From Stylophora pistillata (taxonomy: Eukaryota): a stretch of DNA of 61,523 nt. Shown here piece after piece: positions 60,975 to 61,523 of the stretch. The notes under the pieces were generated by a model. That model ran no database searches, was not told the DNA's origin, and worked only from the letters and a program-made list of their open reading frames with translations. The position numbers and the translations under genes are program-made. The stretch spans positions 184,257-245,779 of the forward strand of contig NW_019218229.1 of NCBI RefSeq assembly GCF_002571385.2. Reading direction: 5' to 3'. Numbering within the stretch: position 1 is the first letter of the stretch; every line of letters begins with the position of its first letter.

Positions 60975-61488
60975 GTTCAGTTATTGATTAAATATCAATT
61001 TTTGTTATTTAAAAACATCACGCAAATGATGTATCACAGAATCTGAATTAATATTAGATTGTTGGGATAAGTAATTTTTAGGCACACTTTAGCCCAAAGA
61101 ATGTCTAGTGTCAAAGTTCTCCCTGCTATATCATTCCTGAATCATAAATTATTCAACTCAAGAGAATTAACGGAAATGATCACCATGTCAACTAAAGTAG
61201 CTCTTGATTGTTAAACAAATTCACCTTGTCAGCACCCAAGGAAATGTATAGAGAACAGTATAGAGAATATGCATACTGATGGTAGGGCGTAGAGGGTGAA
61301 AGGTAATTTCAATGGGTAAGAATGCTCTCTGGAATTACAAAACTTTGTCAATGTCACAATTTCTTATCAGGGAGGGTACCATTAGATGGTGGTTATAAAA
61401 ATCATGGTTCTGGAGCAAAATTCTCCAACACTTTGACCCCAGTTACAGTAGGCTCACAATTAATAAACACTTCTTCATTAAACTGCAC

Positions 61489-61523
61489 TGTCTTCTCGGA
61501 TAGGGACAAATAAATGGAGGTCC
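61489..61523 (+). mobile_element. Start of a third, 5'-truncated Nin-type SINE copy
   Basis: GTCTTCTCGGATAGGGACAAATAAATGGAGGTCC matches 32131-32164. Confidence 0.75.

Noticed and set aside
1-61523. Prokaryotic systems (CRISPR array, operons, defence islands)
   Set aside because: Spliceosomal introns, LINEs and SINEs show this is animal DNA. The 18-bp repeat at 1787-1915 has no unique spacers.

Overview
Eukaryotic, intron-rich, AT-rich animal DNA. The repeat families and gene content point to an anthozoan, probably a stony coral (inference). Left end: the 3' part of DRC3/LRRC48 (+), which I could splice by hand and which contains two minor-spliceosome (U12) introns, one GT-AG and one AT-AC. 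Right end: ATPAF2 (-), a Fringe glycosyltransferase (-) and the 5' part of an unrecognised multi-exon gene (+). DRC3 and ATPAF2 are tail-to-tail neighbours in human, but here about 38 kb lies between them. The most striking content of that interval is an array of five single-coding-exon, minus-strand paralogues (196-347 aa). They share an N-terminal coiled-coil motif, basic AGC-kinase-type phosphosites, an LP(P/D)I motif and a C-terminal L-x-x-CRYLR motif. Two paralogous ~70-aa 'MDFE' microproteins are interleaved with them, and CRE, E-box and D-box elements cluster upstream. The interval also holds a PAN-EGF-fibrinogen-like secreted protein gene, a short-chain collagen C4-like pseudogene and a BTB-BACK-PHR pseudogene fragment. 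Mobile elements in the window include two LINE fragments, Nin-type tRNA SINEs, a tRNA-Thr-cored element with permuted and inverted repeats, a degenerate Penelope-type hammerhead palindrome and several MITEs. All calls are from manual reading and translation; no database searches were run.
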